Source of the DNA: Opitutales bacterium
GTDB lineage: Bacteria > Verrucomicrobiota > Verrucomicrobiia > Opitutales > Seribacteraceae
DNA: 64,000 bases
Assembly: GCA_965660725.1 (NCBI GenBank)
Contig: CBFIBI010000004.1
Location: forward strand, 4,164 to 68,163
Reading direction: 5' to 3'
Both the position numbers and the translations under genes were made by a program. Positions 56,613-64,000 of the stretch are shown here, piece by piece; position 1 is the stretch's first letter, and each line of letters opens with the position of its first letter. The notes beneath the pieces were generated by a model. It saw only the letters and a program-made list of their open reading frames with translations. It was not told where the DNA came from and did no database searches.

Positions 56613-57476
56613 ATGATTTCATCTATCATTACACACCCTGGAGGTGCCCATAAAGACGATTTTCTCGCCTGTTCCGTTCTTCTGTACAAAAGCCCGGTTT
56701 CTATTTTTAGAAGAGAGCCCAGCAGTTCAGATCTGGATGATTTAAGTATTGCGGTACTGGATGTCGGTGGAGAGCACAAGCCAGAAAAACTTAATTTCGA
56801 TCATCATCAGTTTCCCCGAGATTATGTACCCACCTGTGCCTTGTCTCTGGTTCTTCAATACCTGGAGATTTACGAGGATGCACGCGAGTTCTGCCCCTGG
56901 CTTGAAGTGGCTGAATGGTTCGACTGTCGTGGTCCGAAAGATACCGCCGAGTGGCTTGATATGGATCGTGATACATTGGCAAAATTAAACTCTCCTCTGG
57001 ACATTACATTGCTCAAGAATTTCGCCGCTCAGACTGAGCATCATCCAGGGGAACCAGTTTGGGAAGTGATGAGAATGATTGGTTCAGACTTGGTTAAATT
57101 TATAACCAATCTGCGTTCAAAACTAAACGAAGTTTCCAAATTTACTGAAGTCTGGAATTTAAAGAAAGGAGGGGATGCGTTTAAAATACTATTTTTACCC
57201 CGCAATGATTCGCTTCCGGAAGATGCATCTGATGTGTTGGGCTACCAGGTCCGTTCTCTTGGATTGGAGGAAGAGATTATTGCAATTCTATCCCCTGATA
57301 GCCGGGGAGAGGGATACGGAATGAGAAGATATAATGATGATGGGCGGATGGATTTCTGTAAGTTGGAAAATGAGTCCGATGTTCATTTTGCACATGCCCG
57401 TGGTTTTATCGCCAAGACCTCAGCGGTCGATAAAGAGCGTTTGCAGGAGATGCTGATTCAATCTTTTCATGCCTAA
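56613..57476 (+). CDS. MYG1/UPF0160-family metal-dependent hydrolase-like protein
   Basis: 287 aa with ITHPGGAHKDDFLAC at the N-terminus and VGGEHKPEKLNFDHHQF, which match the family hallmarks (TH.G.FH.DE.LA / GG.YD....FDHHQ) as I remember them. Confidence 0.68.
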   Translation: MISSIITHPGGAHKDDFLACSVLLYKSPVSIFRREPSSSDLDDLSIAVLDVGGEHKPEKLNFDHHQFPRDYVPTCALSLVLQYLEIYEDAREFCPWLEVAEWFDCRGPKDTAEWLDMDRDTLAKLNSPLDITLLKNFAAQTEHHPGEPVWEVMRMIGSDLVKFITNLRSKLNEVSKFTEVWNLKKGGDAFKILFLPRNDSLPEDASDVLGYQVRSLGLEEEIIAILSPDSRGEGYGMRRYNDDGRMDFCKLENESDVHFAHARGFIAKTSAVDKERLQEMLIQSFHA

Positions 57477-57504
57477 TACCAAAGCTGTGAGCTTTCTTTT
57501 TGTA

Positions 57505-58749
57505 ATGAGTAAAAAACCGGTTCTTTTTCTAACACTGCTTTTGCTTTGCTTAGCTAATACTTTACTTTCGCTGGAAACTTCATCGAGTGATAAACAAGGT
57601 GAAATCATTCGGGCACCACAAGTTTCCTGGCATTATTCATATAACGGCAGCGGCGAGGAGAGCCATCCTCATTATGTTATTCAAACTAGTGACCTTGGTT
57701 TTTTAATGGTTGGTGAAACCGGTTTTGTGGAAGACCGAACTGCAAGGATTTTTCTGGTTAAAACTGATCGGTTTGGAAAATTAATTTGGAAAAAAGAATT
57801 TGGTAAAAAAGGGTACAACTTGGGTAATTGTGTAATGGAAACAAGTGATGGACATTATTTAGTGGCTGGAAGCTTGGAATTGGATGCAGCATTAATCAAA
57901 GTTGATGCACGATCGGGAAATACCATTTGGAAACGCACATGGAATCTCGGAAAGGAAGATGCATTCGAGGGCGTGACCCAGGCCGAAAATGGAGATATCT
58001 GGGCGACAGGATACCGGGATGGATTAGCCGAGGGAACTTTTTTGAACTGGGGTAAGGGAATATTAATTAAAACGAATATGGATGGAAATGATCAATGGAA
58101 AAAGGATTTATCAGCTTACACATCCTCGGGATACAGAATTGAACAGTCGGGCTCTCATTTTCTTTTGGCCTGTCATCCTAAAGATGAGGAGGCTAAGGAT
58201 TACAATCTTTTGCAAATTGATCAGACAGGAAAAATTAACTGGGCTAAAAGTTACAACACTATTTATTGGGGATTGGATACCGGATTCAATCAGGAGATTC
58301 TTCTTGCCGGTCACACACGCAAAGGCAACTTGAGTAAAAATTGGGACATTGAGCTTACTTCACTTAATCATAAAGGGGAAGTCCTCTGGACCCGGTTTTT
58401 TGGCCAACCCCGTGGTTATGATGGTAAATGGATTCACGATGAAGTATGGGGAGTCCGTTCAACTCCGGATGGAGGATGGCTGGCCGTTGCCGGAACCGGA
58501 GATGAAACCCAGCGGTATGAAAAAAGAGGACATATTTCCGGCCCGTCCGGACAATGGAAGATTTATCTAATCAAAGTGGATCGTGGAGGGACATTACAAT
58601 GGGAGGGTATTTATGGATCGAGCGAATCAGATTGGGCAGGGGAGGATGTTTGTATAACCAAAGACGGAGGTGCGTTGATTGCAAATGATTGCGGTGCTTT
58701 TGGATTTACTAAGGTTGCCAGTTTTTTAAATTCTCAAAAAGTTAGATGA
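57505..58749 (+). CDS. secreted repeat protein (beta-propeller-like)
   Basis: I chose the start MSKKPVLFLTLLLLCLANTLLS (ATG 57505), which gives a signal peptide. Units of about 45-50 aa recur, ending in patterns like DGHYLVAGS, NGDIWATGY, SHFLLACH, EILLAGH, GGWLAVAGTG and DGGALIAN. Confidence 0.55.
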   Translation: MSKKPVLFLTLLLLCLANTLLSLETSSSDKQGEIIRAPQVSWHYSYNGSGEESHPHYVIQTSDLGFLMVGETGFVEDRTARIFLVKTDRFGKLIWKKEFGKKGYNLGNCVMETSDGHYLVAGSLELDAALIKVDARSGNTIWKRTWNLGKEDAFEGVTQAENGDIWATGYRDGLAEGTFLNWGKGILIKTNMDGNDQWKKDLSAYTSSGYRIEQSGSHFLLACHPKDEEAKDYNLLQIDQTGKINWAKSYNTIYWGLDTGFNQEILLAGHTRKGNLSKNWDIELTSLNHKGEVLWTRFFGQPRGYDGKWIHDEVWGVRSTPDGGWLAVAGTGDETQRYEKRGHISGPSGQWKIYLIKVDRGGTLQWEGIYGSSESDWAGEDVCITKDGGALIANDCGAFGFTKVASFLNSQKVR

Positions 58750-58786
58750 GTGGACTGGAATAAGGGTCCTGTGGCCAAAAAAGCTA

Positions 58787-60733
58787 TTAAGTAGAATCGG
58801 TCTGCAGATTGCTCAATTTTTCAGCCTCGATTTCCCACTCGTAATTTCTTTCGTTCAATCTGCGGGCAATCCGTGAAGCATGTTCGTTAAGTGCTTTTCC
58901 TTTTTCCGGATCGTTATAGGAATCCGGGTCGGCGAGTTGTTCATTTACCACCGATTGTTCTTCCTCGAGAGCAAGGATTTCTTTTTCTAATTTCGCCACC
59001 AATTCTTGCATTCGTTTTTTTTCGCGGTTTGCTTTTTTATTGGCTTCCGCTTTTAACCGCCTTCTTTCCTTTGCACTCAGCACCTTGGCTTTGCCTGAAT
59101 CTGCTGAATGTTCATTTGGTCTGGCATCCCGCAAGCCTTCCACCAACCCTTCTTTTTCGGATGCTGCCCCTGATTTCCATAAATAATAATCATAATCGCC
59201 GGCAAAGTTGGTGGTCTTCCCAGCTTCTATTCTAATTGTTCGCTTTGCCAATGCCCGAATGAAATGCAGGTCGTGACTAACAAAGATCAAGGTGCCCGTA
59301 TAATCTTTAAGGGCTTGAATAACTGCATCAATACTTGGCATGTCCAAGTGGGTGGTGGGTTCGTCAAGCAGCATGAGGTTGGGCGGGGAGAGCAAAAGCT
59401 TGACCAGGGCAAGTCTGCTTTTTTCCCCTCCACTTAGTACTTTCACTTTTTTAAAAACATCATCGCCACGGAAAAGAAAAGTTCCAAGCATACCTCTGAC
59501 GTCTTGAGTGTGAACCTGTGTTTTAACTTTTTGCATCGCTTCATCGAGGACCGTGTTTTCAATATTCAACAAGTCAACTCGTTGCTGTGAAAAATACCCA
59601 ACATTTACTTGGTGTCCTAATTCCCTTATGCCCGATTCTATTGGGACTAAATTAGTAAGTATTTTGAGCAGGGTGGATTTACCTGCGCCGTTTGGACCGA
59701 CCAACACAATTCGTTCGTTTTTTTCAACCTCAAGATTTAGGCCTTCGTAAACCACATGTTCACCGTAGGCTTGCTTTACATTCTTCAGGGTTGCCACCCG
59801 TTGGCCACTTCTTTCCGGTTGGGGGAAGCGAAAAGATAGGGTCTCTGCTTCAGTTTCCGGTGCCGGGATCCGTTCCATTTTCTCAAGCTGTTTAATACGG
59901 GCCTGTGCCTGGGACGCTTTGGATGCTTTTGCACGGAATCTACGAATAAAGTCTTCATGATGTGCAATTTCGCGCTGTTGATTTCGGTAGGCGGCGAGGT
60001 GCTGGGCTTCCCGTTCTGCTTTTTGGGTGAGGTAGCGTTCGTAATTACCTTGATAACGATGCAGGCGCCCGTGTGCAATTTCTAGGATCCCGTTACAAAT
60101 TCCGTTAAGAAAGGCTCGATCATGGGAAATGGTCAGTATAGCACCCGAATATCTTTTAAGTTGGTTCTGAAACCAGCTTAATGTCTCTAAATCAAGATGG
60201 TTTGTTGGCTCGTCCAACATTAAAAGATCGGGTTCCATAACAAGAAGGCGGGCCAGATGTGCCCGCATTATCCACCCGCCACTCAGTGTTCGTGCGGTTT
60301 TATCAAAATCACTCTGTCCGAAAGCGAGTCCGGATAGAATTTTTTTGGCTTTTGCTTCCAGTGTGAAACCTTCAAGTTCTGCAAATTCTTCAAGGGCATG
60401 AATTCTGATTGGATCCTCTGCCTCAGGATGGAGTCTTAAATTCTTTTGAATTTCTGAAAGTTCAGGAGAAACTGCAGTAGCTAATTCAAGCACGCTTTCA
60501 TCTGCAGTTGGAGCACTTTCCTGGGGGAGAAATCCAATCGACTTTCCTCTTTCCAGTTCGACTTTTCCGTTATCCGCATCCAGTTCTCCAAGAATAATTG
60601 AAAACAGAGTGGTCTTGCCTGCACCATTGGGACCGACCAAACCAAGTTTTTCCCCCTTGAGTAAACGAAGAGAAACATCTGAAAAAAGGCTTTTGGGCCC
60701 GTAGGCTTTGCTGATATTGGAAAGGATGATCAT
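58787..60733 (-). CDS. ABC-F family ATPase (Uup/YheS-like) with a C-terminal coiled-coil
   Basis: 648 aa with two ABC cassettes and no TM domain (GPNGAGKTT ... LSGGW ... LMLDEPTNHLD; GPNGAGKST ... LSGGEKSR ... LLDEPTTHLD). It has a Lys/Arg/Glu-rich C-terminal helix. Confidence 0.9.
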   Translation of the reverse strand: MIILSNISKAYGPKSLFSDVSLRLLKGEKLGLVGPNGAGKTTLFSIILGELDADNGKVELERGKSIGFLPQESAPTADESVLELATAVSPELSEIQKNLRLHPEAEDPIRIHALEEFAELEGFTLEAKAKKILSGLAFGQSDFDKTARTLSGGWIMRAHLARLLVMEPDLLMLDEPTNHLDLETLSWFQNQLKRYSGAILTISHDRAFLNGICNGILEIAHGRLHRYQGNYERYLTQKAEREAQHLAAYRNQQREIAHHEDFIRRFRAKASKASQAQARIKQLEKMERIPAPETEAETLSFRFPQPERSGQRVATLKNVKQAYGEHVVYEGLNLEVEKNERIVLVGPNGAGKSTLLKILTNLVPIESGIRELGHQVNVGYFSQQRVDLLNIENTVLDEAMQKVKTQVHTQDVRGMLGTFLFRGDDVFKKVKVLSGGEKSRLALVKLLLSPPNLMLLDEPTTHLDMPSIDAVIQALKDYTGTLIFVSHDLHFIRALAKRTIRIEAGKTTNFAGDYDYYLWKSGAASEKEGLVEGLRDARPNEHSADSGKAKVLSAKERRRLKAEANKKANREKKRMQELVAKLEKEILALEEEQSVVNEQLADPDSYNDPEKGKALNEHASRIARRLNERNYEWEIEAEKLSNLQTDST

Positions 60734-60820
60734 TGTGGAGAAGATCAGATTCCCGAATCCTAAGATTTTGGCAAAGAAATAAGTAAATATTTTATAGAAA
60801 ATTAAGTATTTATTATTGAT

Positions 60821-61741
60821 ATGATCCTAAAAACCTCAATGAATAGACTGATGGAAAAAATCTTAAATCGTCGTTCTTTTTTGGATAAAAGTGGCAAACT
60901 TGTATTGGCTGGCTCTGCGTGTTCGCTTTCCTTGCATGGCAAGCATCATAAAAAAAATAGATTTACGCTGGGACTTTCACAATATTCTCTTCGGGCATTA
61001 CTCAAAAATGGATCATTGGATGCTCTTGACTTCCCACAGTTCACGATCGATCAGTTTGGGATAAAGGCTATTGATCTTTGGGAAGGTGGACTGCCAAAGG
61101 ATAAGCTGGATGATTCTAGGTATCTAGCATTGATGCGCAAAAAAGCTGATCAGGCAGGTACGGATTTATTTCTTTTGATGTCAGGTGCACTTGATGCATC
61201 AGAAAACAAATTTGAAGCAAGTTCTAAAAGAATTAAAGCGTCATTTAATCGTGCCGTTCAGTTGGGAGCACCCTTGGTTAGGGTTTTCTTGAAAGCTCCT
61301 GGTACGGATCCAGTAAATGGTCTGAAGCGAAGTGTTGAGGCTTTGAAACCTCTCGCAGATGAAGCGGCTAAAAAGAATCTTATCATAGCTATTGAACCAG
61401 GAGCTTCTCCTCTGGGTGAAAGGGGAGCCTTTCTAGCGAAAGTGGCGACTAAATTAAATCATCCTGCTCTTCAACTGATGCCTGATTTCGGTAAACTTAA
61501 GAATAATGTTTATGATGGAACACAAGCCATGCTTCCACACACGGTTAGTGTTTCATGTAAGATGCACAGCTTTGATAAAAGTGGAAATCAACCGGACTTT
61601 GATTATCCGCGGCTTATGAAAATGATTAAGCAATCAGGGTATAAGGGGATTCTTGCGATTGAATGGGAGGGGAGTGCCCTGGAACCGATTCCTGGAGTGC
61701 TTGCATCGAAGAAATTGATCGAAAGGTCATTGGCTGGGTAG
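60821..61741 (+). CDS. Tat-exported xylose-isomerase-like TIM-barrel protein
   Basis: 306 aa with twin-Arg signal NRRSFLDKSGKLVLAGSA and the TIM-barrel blocks LVRVFL, IAIEPG, MPDFGK and LAIEWEG. Confidence 0.8.
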   Translation: MILKTSMNRLMEKILNRRSFLDKSGKLVLAGSACSLSLHGKHHKKNRFTLGLSQYSLRALLKNGSLDALDFPQFTIDQFGIKAIDLWEGGLPKDKLDDSRYLALMRKKADQAGTDLFLLMSGALDASENKFEASSKRIKASFNRAVQLGAPLVRVFLKAPGTDPVNGLKRSVEALKPLADEAAKKNLIIAIEPGASPLGERGAFLAKVATKLNHPALQLMPDFGKLKNNVYDGTQAMLPHTVSVSCKMHSFDKSGNQPDFDYPRLMKMIKQSGYKGILAIEWEGSALEPIPGVLASKKLIERSLAG

Positions 61742-61764
61742 CATAATCTCTTGCTTCTCCGGGA

Positions 61765-62279
61765 GTGAAAGTTCGAAAATTACTGGAAGGAAAAGCAAAT
61801 ATATACCGCCCCAAAACGAATTGCCGGTGGTCGGCATATGGTTATGAAAATATCCTGCAATGGGTAGGTGATGAAAAATGGGACTTGATTCATTTTAACT
61901 TCGGGCTTTGGGATTGGTATGGTTGGAAACAGGAAAATAAAGCGACACCCGAATCTTATGCGAAGAATTTGGAGAGTATTGTTGAAAAGTTTAAATCAAC
62001 CGGTAGCAAACTAGTTTTTGCGGTGACTACGCCCCCCTGCATTCGTTCGGAAAAAAGGTTAAGTTTATGGTCACAAGAGAACAGGCAGAGAAATTTAACC
62101 AGTCTGCCCACGCGGTCATGAAAAAGCACGGGGTGGTAATCAATAATCTTTATTCATTGGTTGGTAAAGACCGGGCAAAATTCCAGCTTGGAAAAAATGA
62201 TGTTCATTACAACGACGCCGGCCGGGATCTTCTTGCTAAGGAGGTGGCCAAATTAATTGATATGGAATTAGCCAAATGA
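61765..62279 (+). pseudogene. SGNH-hydrolase gene remnant: catalytic GDS block missing at the 5' end and a -1 frameshift at an A6 run (62051-62056)
   Basis: ORFs 61765..62121 (..WDLIHFNFGLWD..KLVFAVTTPP..) and 62067..62279 (..AEKFNQSAHAVMKKHGVVINNLY..NDVHYNDAG..) are consecutive parts of one SGNH protein in different frames. Adding one A to the A6 run joins them (..IRSEKKVKFMVTREQ..). An in-frame TAA at 61744-61746 lies upstream. Confidence 0.65.
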
Positions 62280-63139
62280 AAAAACAAATTGTGGCCATGG
62301 GGGATGGACTATGGGATTTGTTTCCCGATGGTCCCCGATTTGGAGGAGCCACTGCGAATTATGCATGCCATTGTTCCATACTTGGTGCCAATGTACATAT
62401 GGTCAGCGGAGTGGGGCAGGATGAGCGTGGTGACGCTCTTTTAAAGGTTTACCGAAAACATGGAGTGAACACCGATTTGATTCAGGTTTTAAACGATTAT
62501 CCCACTGGGATCGTTCATGTGGAACTTACTAAAAATGGACTACCCACCTTTACAATTGTGGAGAATGCTGCCTGGGATCATTGGGAATGGAATGAAGAGA
62601 TTGAAAGAATAGTGACCAAAGCAGATGCACTTTATTTTGGTACCCTCGGTCAACGTGGAAGTTCGGCCTGTGCAGGAATCCGCAAAGCTCTCGCGATCGC
62701 CCAAGATCAACAAATACCCCGTATTCTGGATATTAACTTACGGGCACCCTTTTATAATGACTCCCTGATCCGGGATTCGATATCTCTTTGCTCGGTCTTA
62801 AAGCTTAGCGATGAGGAACTCAACCGGGCCTGCCAAGCCTGTGAAATAGATGTATCCATAAGTGATAAAAATGTCGTCAGGGAATTAAGGACTAAATTTG
62901 AATTAGATGTCGTGGTGATGACGCGGGGAGCGGATGGTGCGATTCTCTCTGTCCCTGAAGGATTTGTTGAACATTCAGGTGTACCTGCGTCCGTGGTTGA
63001 TACAGTTGGTGCTGGGGATTCGTTTACCGCATCTATGACACTTGGTTTGCTTGAAGGAAAAGGTTACCCTCAAATTATTGGGGATGCCTGTAAAATCGCC
63101 GCTGAAGTATGTTCGCACGCCGGTGCGGTACCTGAGTAG
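62276..63139 (+). CDS. PfkB-family carbohydrate kinase (fructokinase-like)
   Basis: 287 aa with GGATANYA in the N-terminal region and the ATP/anion-hole motif DTVGAGDSFTA near the C-terminus. Confidence 0.85.
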   Translation: MKKQIVAMGDGLWDLFPDGPRFGGATANYACHCSILGANVHMVSGVGQDERGDALLKVYRKHGVNTDLIQVLNDYPTGIVHVELTKNGLPTFTIVENAAWDHWEWNEEIERIVTKADALYFGTLGQRGSSACAGIRKALAIAQDQQIPRILDINLRAPFYNDSLIRDSISLCSVLKLSDEELNRACQACEIDVSISDKNVVRELRTKFELDVVVMTRGADGAILSVPEGFVEHSGVPASVVDTVGAGDSFTASMTLGLLEGKGYPQIIGDACKIAAEVCSHAGAVPE

Positions 63140-63170
63140 TCAGAGCAACCCTGTTCTAATGCATACCAAT

Positions 63171-63227
63171 CCTGTCATCGCGAAGGCTGAAAGCCCGTGG
63201 CGATCCGCTGACCCTCAGTAAGCGAAC
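63171..63227 (+). repeat. GC-rich hairpin repeat, direct copy 1
   Basis: The sequence is CCTGTCATCGCGAAGGCTGAAAGCCCGTGGCGATCCGCTGACCCTCAGTAAGCGAAC. It is near-identical to the copy at 63350-63405. Confidence 0.8.
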
Positions 63228-63260
63228 AGACAAACCCGTCCACATCTCCCGAGACACGAC

Positions 63261-63310
63261 GGATTGCCGCGTCGGTCGCTTGCGCTCTCTCCTCGCAATG
63301 ACAAAGAGCG
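63261..63310 (-). repeat. GC-rich hairpin repeat, inverted divergent copy
   Basis: The reverse complement reads CGCTCTTTGTCATTGCGAGGAGAGAGCGCAAGCGACCGACGCGGCAATCC. It shares the termini TTGTCATYGCGAGG and GYGGCRATCC with the direct copies. Confidence 0.6.
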
Positions 63311-63349
63311 TGTTGTAACGATGCCACTGACTGCATTCCTTCCCCCCCA

Positions 63350-63405
63350 CCTTGTCATCGCGAGGGCGTAGCCCGTGGCGATCCACTGGTCCACAAAAAG
63401 CGAAC
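63350..63405 (+). repeat. GC-rich hairpin repeat, direct copy 2
   Basis: The sequence is CCTTGTCATCGCGAGGGCGTAGCCCGTGGCGATCCACTGGTCCACAAAAAGCGAAC. Confidence 0.8.
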
Positions 63406-63492
63406 TGGAATCTCTTTATACTTCACCTGATTACCCGTTTGACAATCCGCCTAAATATTTAGTGTAATTCTCTAGTACCTTTGATTTCTGTT

Positions 63493-64000
63493 ATGAAAAA
63501 CCTACCTGTTCTGATTTTTTTTCTTTTTTTCACGCTTTTCCTTTGGTCTGCCCAACCCGTTCCTTATTCTGGCAAAGTTGCGATTAACGGGATTAATTTT
63601 GACGGAGAAGCCCGCTTTACATTTGCCCTGCAGGATAAGGAGGGAAAGACCCGCTGGCGGAATGGGAAAAGTAAGGAGGATACGATTCGTGTACCCGTAA
63701 CCATTGGGCGATACAATGTACTTCTGGGTGGTCAGGGAATGAATGCTTTGCCCCCACAACTGTTTCTGGATTATGAGGAACTTTATTTAAAGGTGCGTTT
63801 TGATAATGGGGATGGCAAGGGATTGCGCCACCTGGCTCCTGATCAACGGATCACCGCTACTCCCCGGGCACTGGTTGCAGAAGTTGCCAAGACCGCTAAG
63901 ACTGCAGATGTTGCCCAAACTGCCAATTCGGTGAAATCAGGTGGAGTGACCGCTTCGCAGATAAAAAATAACACCATCACCACCGCTCAATTAAATGAAC
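63493..64000 (+). CDS. secreted fibre-like surface protein, N-terminal part; runs off the window end
   Basis: My own translation from ATG 63493 gives MKNLPVLIFFLFFTLFLWSAQPVPYSGKVAINGINFDGEARFTFALQDKEGKTRWRNG...LYLKVRFDNGDGKGLRHLAPDQRITATPRALVAEVAKTAKTADVAQTANSVKSGGVTASQIKNNTITTAQLNE. There is no stop before 64000. The ORF-track entry 63502..63759 (-) is antisense to it. Confidence 0.6.
   Translation, partial: MKNLPVLIFFLFFTLFLWSAQPVPYSGKVAINGINFDGEARFTFALQDKEGKTRWRNGKSKEDTIRVPVTIGRYNVLLGGQGMNALPPQLFLDYEELYLKVRFDNGDGKGLRHLAPDQRITATPRALVAEVAKTAKTADVAQTANSVKSGGVTASQIKNNTITTAQLNE

Noticed and set aside
62041-62070. Programmed ribosomal frameshifting at the A6 run of the SGNH gene.
   Set aside because: Joining the frames needs an extra base (A7), not a standard -1 slippery heptamer with a downstream structure. 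The gene also lacks its catalytic N-terminal block and has an upstream in-frame stop, so decay or a sequencing error is the simpler explanation.
63156-63386. 76-aa minus-strand ORF across the GC-rich repeats.
   Set aside because: Its peptide is Arg-rich and built from the repeated hairpin units (LRPRDDK / SLRDDR). It is most likely a translation artefact of the repeats rather than a gene.
63171-63405. Possible CRISPR array.
   Set aside because: There are only two direct copies plus one inverted divergent copy. Spacing is irregular, there is no cas gene in the window, and the units are themselves hairpins of REP/MITE type.
63502-63759. 85-aa minus-strand ORF.
   Set aside because: It is antisense to the open-ended plus-strand ORF starting at 63493. 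That ORF has a clean signal peptide and a fibre-like sequence.
1-64000. Window-wide look for prophage, integrase, transposase, toxin-antitoxin, restriction-modification, retron/DGR reverse transcriptase, or tRNA/rRNA genes.
   Set aside because: None of the long ORFs carries motifs I recognise for these classes, and no tRNA-like or rRNA-like sequence was noticed. This is a by-eye scan, so short elements could have been missed.

Overview
This is a 64-kb, AT-rich (roughly 40% GC by eye), gene-dense chromosomal window with about 55 protein genes. I could not recognise any rRNA, tRNA, CRISPR array, integrase, transposase or phage gene. All product calls come from motif and architecture recognition on the supplied translations plus my own translation of the two edge ORFs; no database search was possible. 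The gene content suggests a free-living member of the PVC superphylum (Verrucomicrobia, Lentisphaerae or Planctomycetes-like), which is inference. The supporting content is two DUF1549/DUF1553 + DUF1501 gene pairs, TIM-barrel/Gfo-Idh-MocA sugar genes, a Tat-exported TIM barrel and SGNH esterases. Layout: (i) 1-9555 is mostly a minus-strand run: DUF1553/DUF1501 pair, TonB-dependent receptor + MFS permease, a Met-rich outer-membrane barrel, a small CxxC protein, a HupE/UreJ-like protein and a small Cys-motif secreted protein. (ii) 9614-14612 holds a Mn/Fe/Zn-type ABC operon in the order SBP-ATPase-permease::DtxR fusion-permease, plus a divergent stand-alone DtxR regulator. (iii) 14752-18125 holds a TIM barrel and two oxidoreductases. 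(iv) 18202-23277 holds an H1-like Lys-rich protein, an OGG1-type glycosylase, and the circularly-permuted-ATP-grasp / alpha-E / transglutaminase triad. (v) 23286-35670 holds two divergent Opp/Dpp-type peptide ABC systems. (vi) 35783-42719 holds three tightly coupled TPR-like secreted proteins followed by ExbB-ExbD-ExbD with no TonB. (vii) 42742-54214 holds glyoxalase, a lectin-fold lipoprotein, rlmN, the second DUF1553/DUF1501 pair, IclR and an esterase cluster. (viii) 54747-64000 holds SulP, MYG1-like, a secreted repeat protein, ABC-F, a Tat-TIM barrel, a decayed SGNH gene, a PfkB kinase, a GC-rich hairpin-repeat patch and a fibre-like surface protein running off the end. The best candidates for something new are two. 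First, the co-directional block 28975-42719, where a YejB-like permease carries a periplasmic insertion with two EF-hand loops and a downstream TPR lipoprotein carries a similar loop pair with the same spacing, followed by a TonB-less ExbBD motor. Second, the YtgCR-like permease-repressor fusion in what looks like a non-chlamydial genome. I see no recognisable defence or mobile system. Nothing here is verified beyond what the sequence shows.
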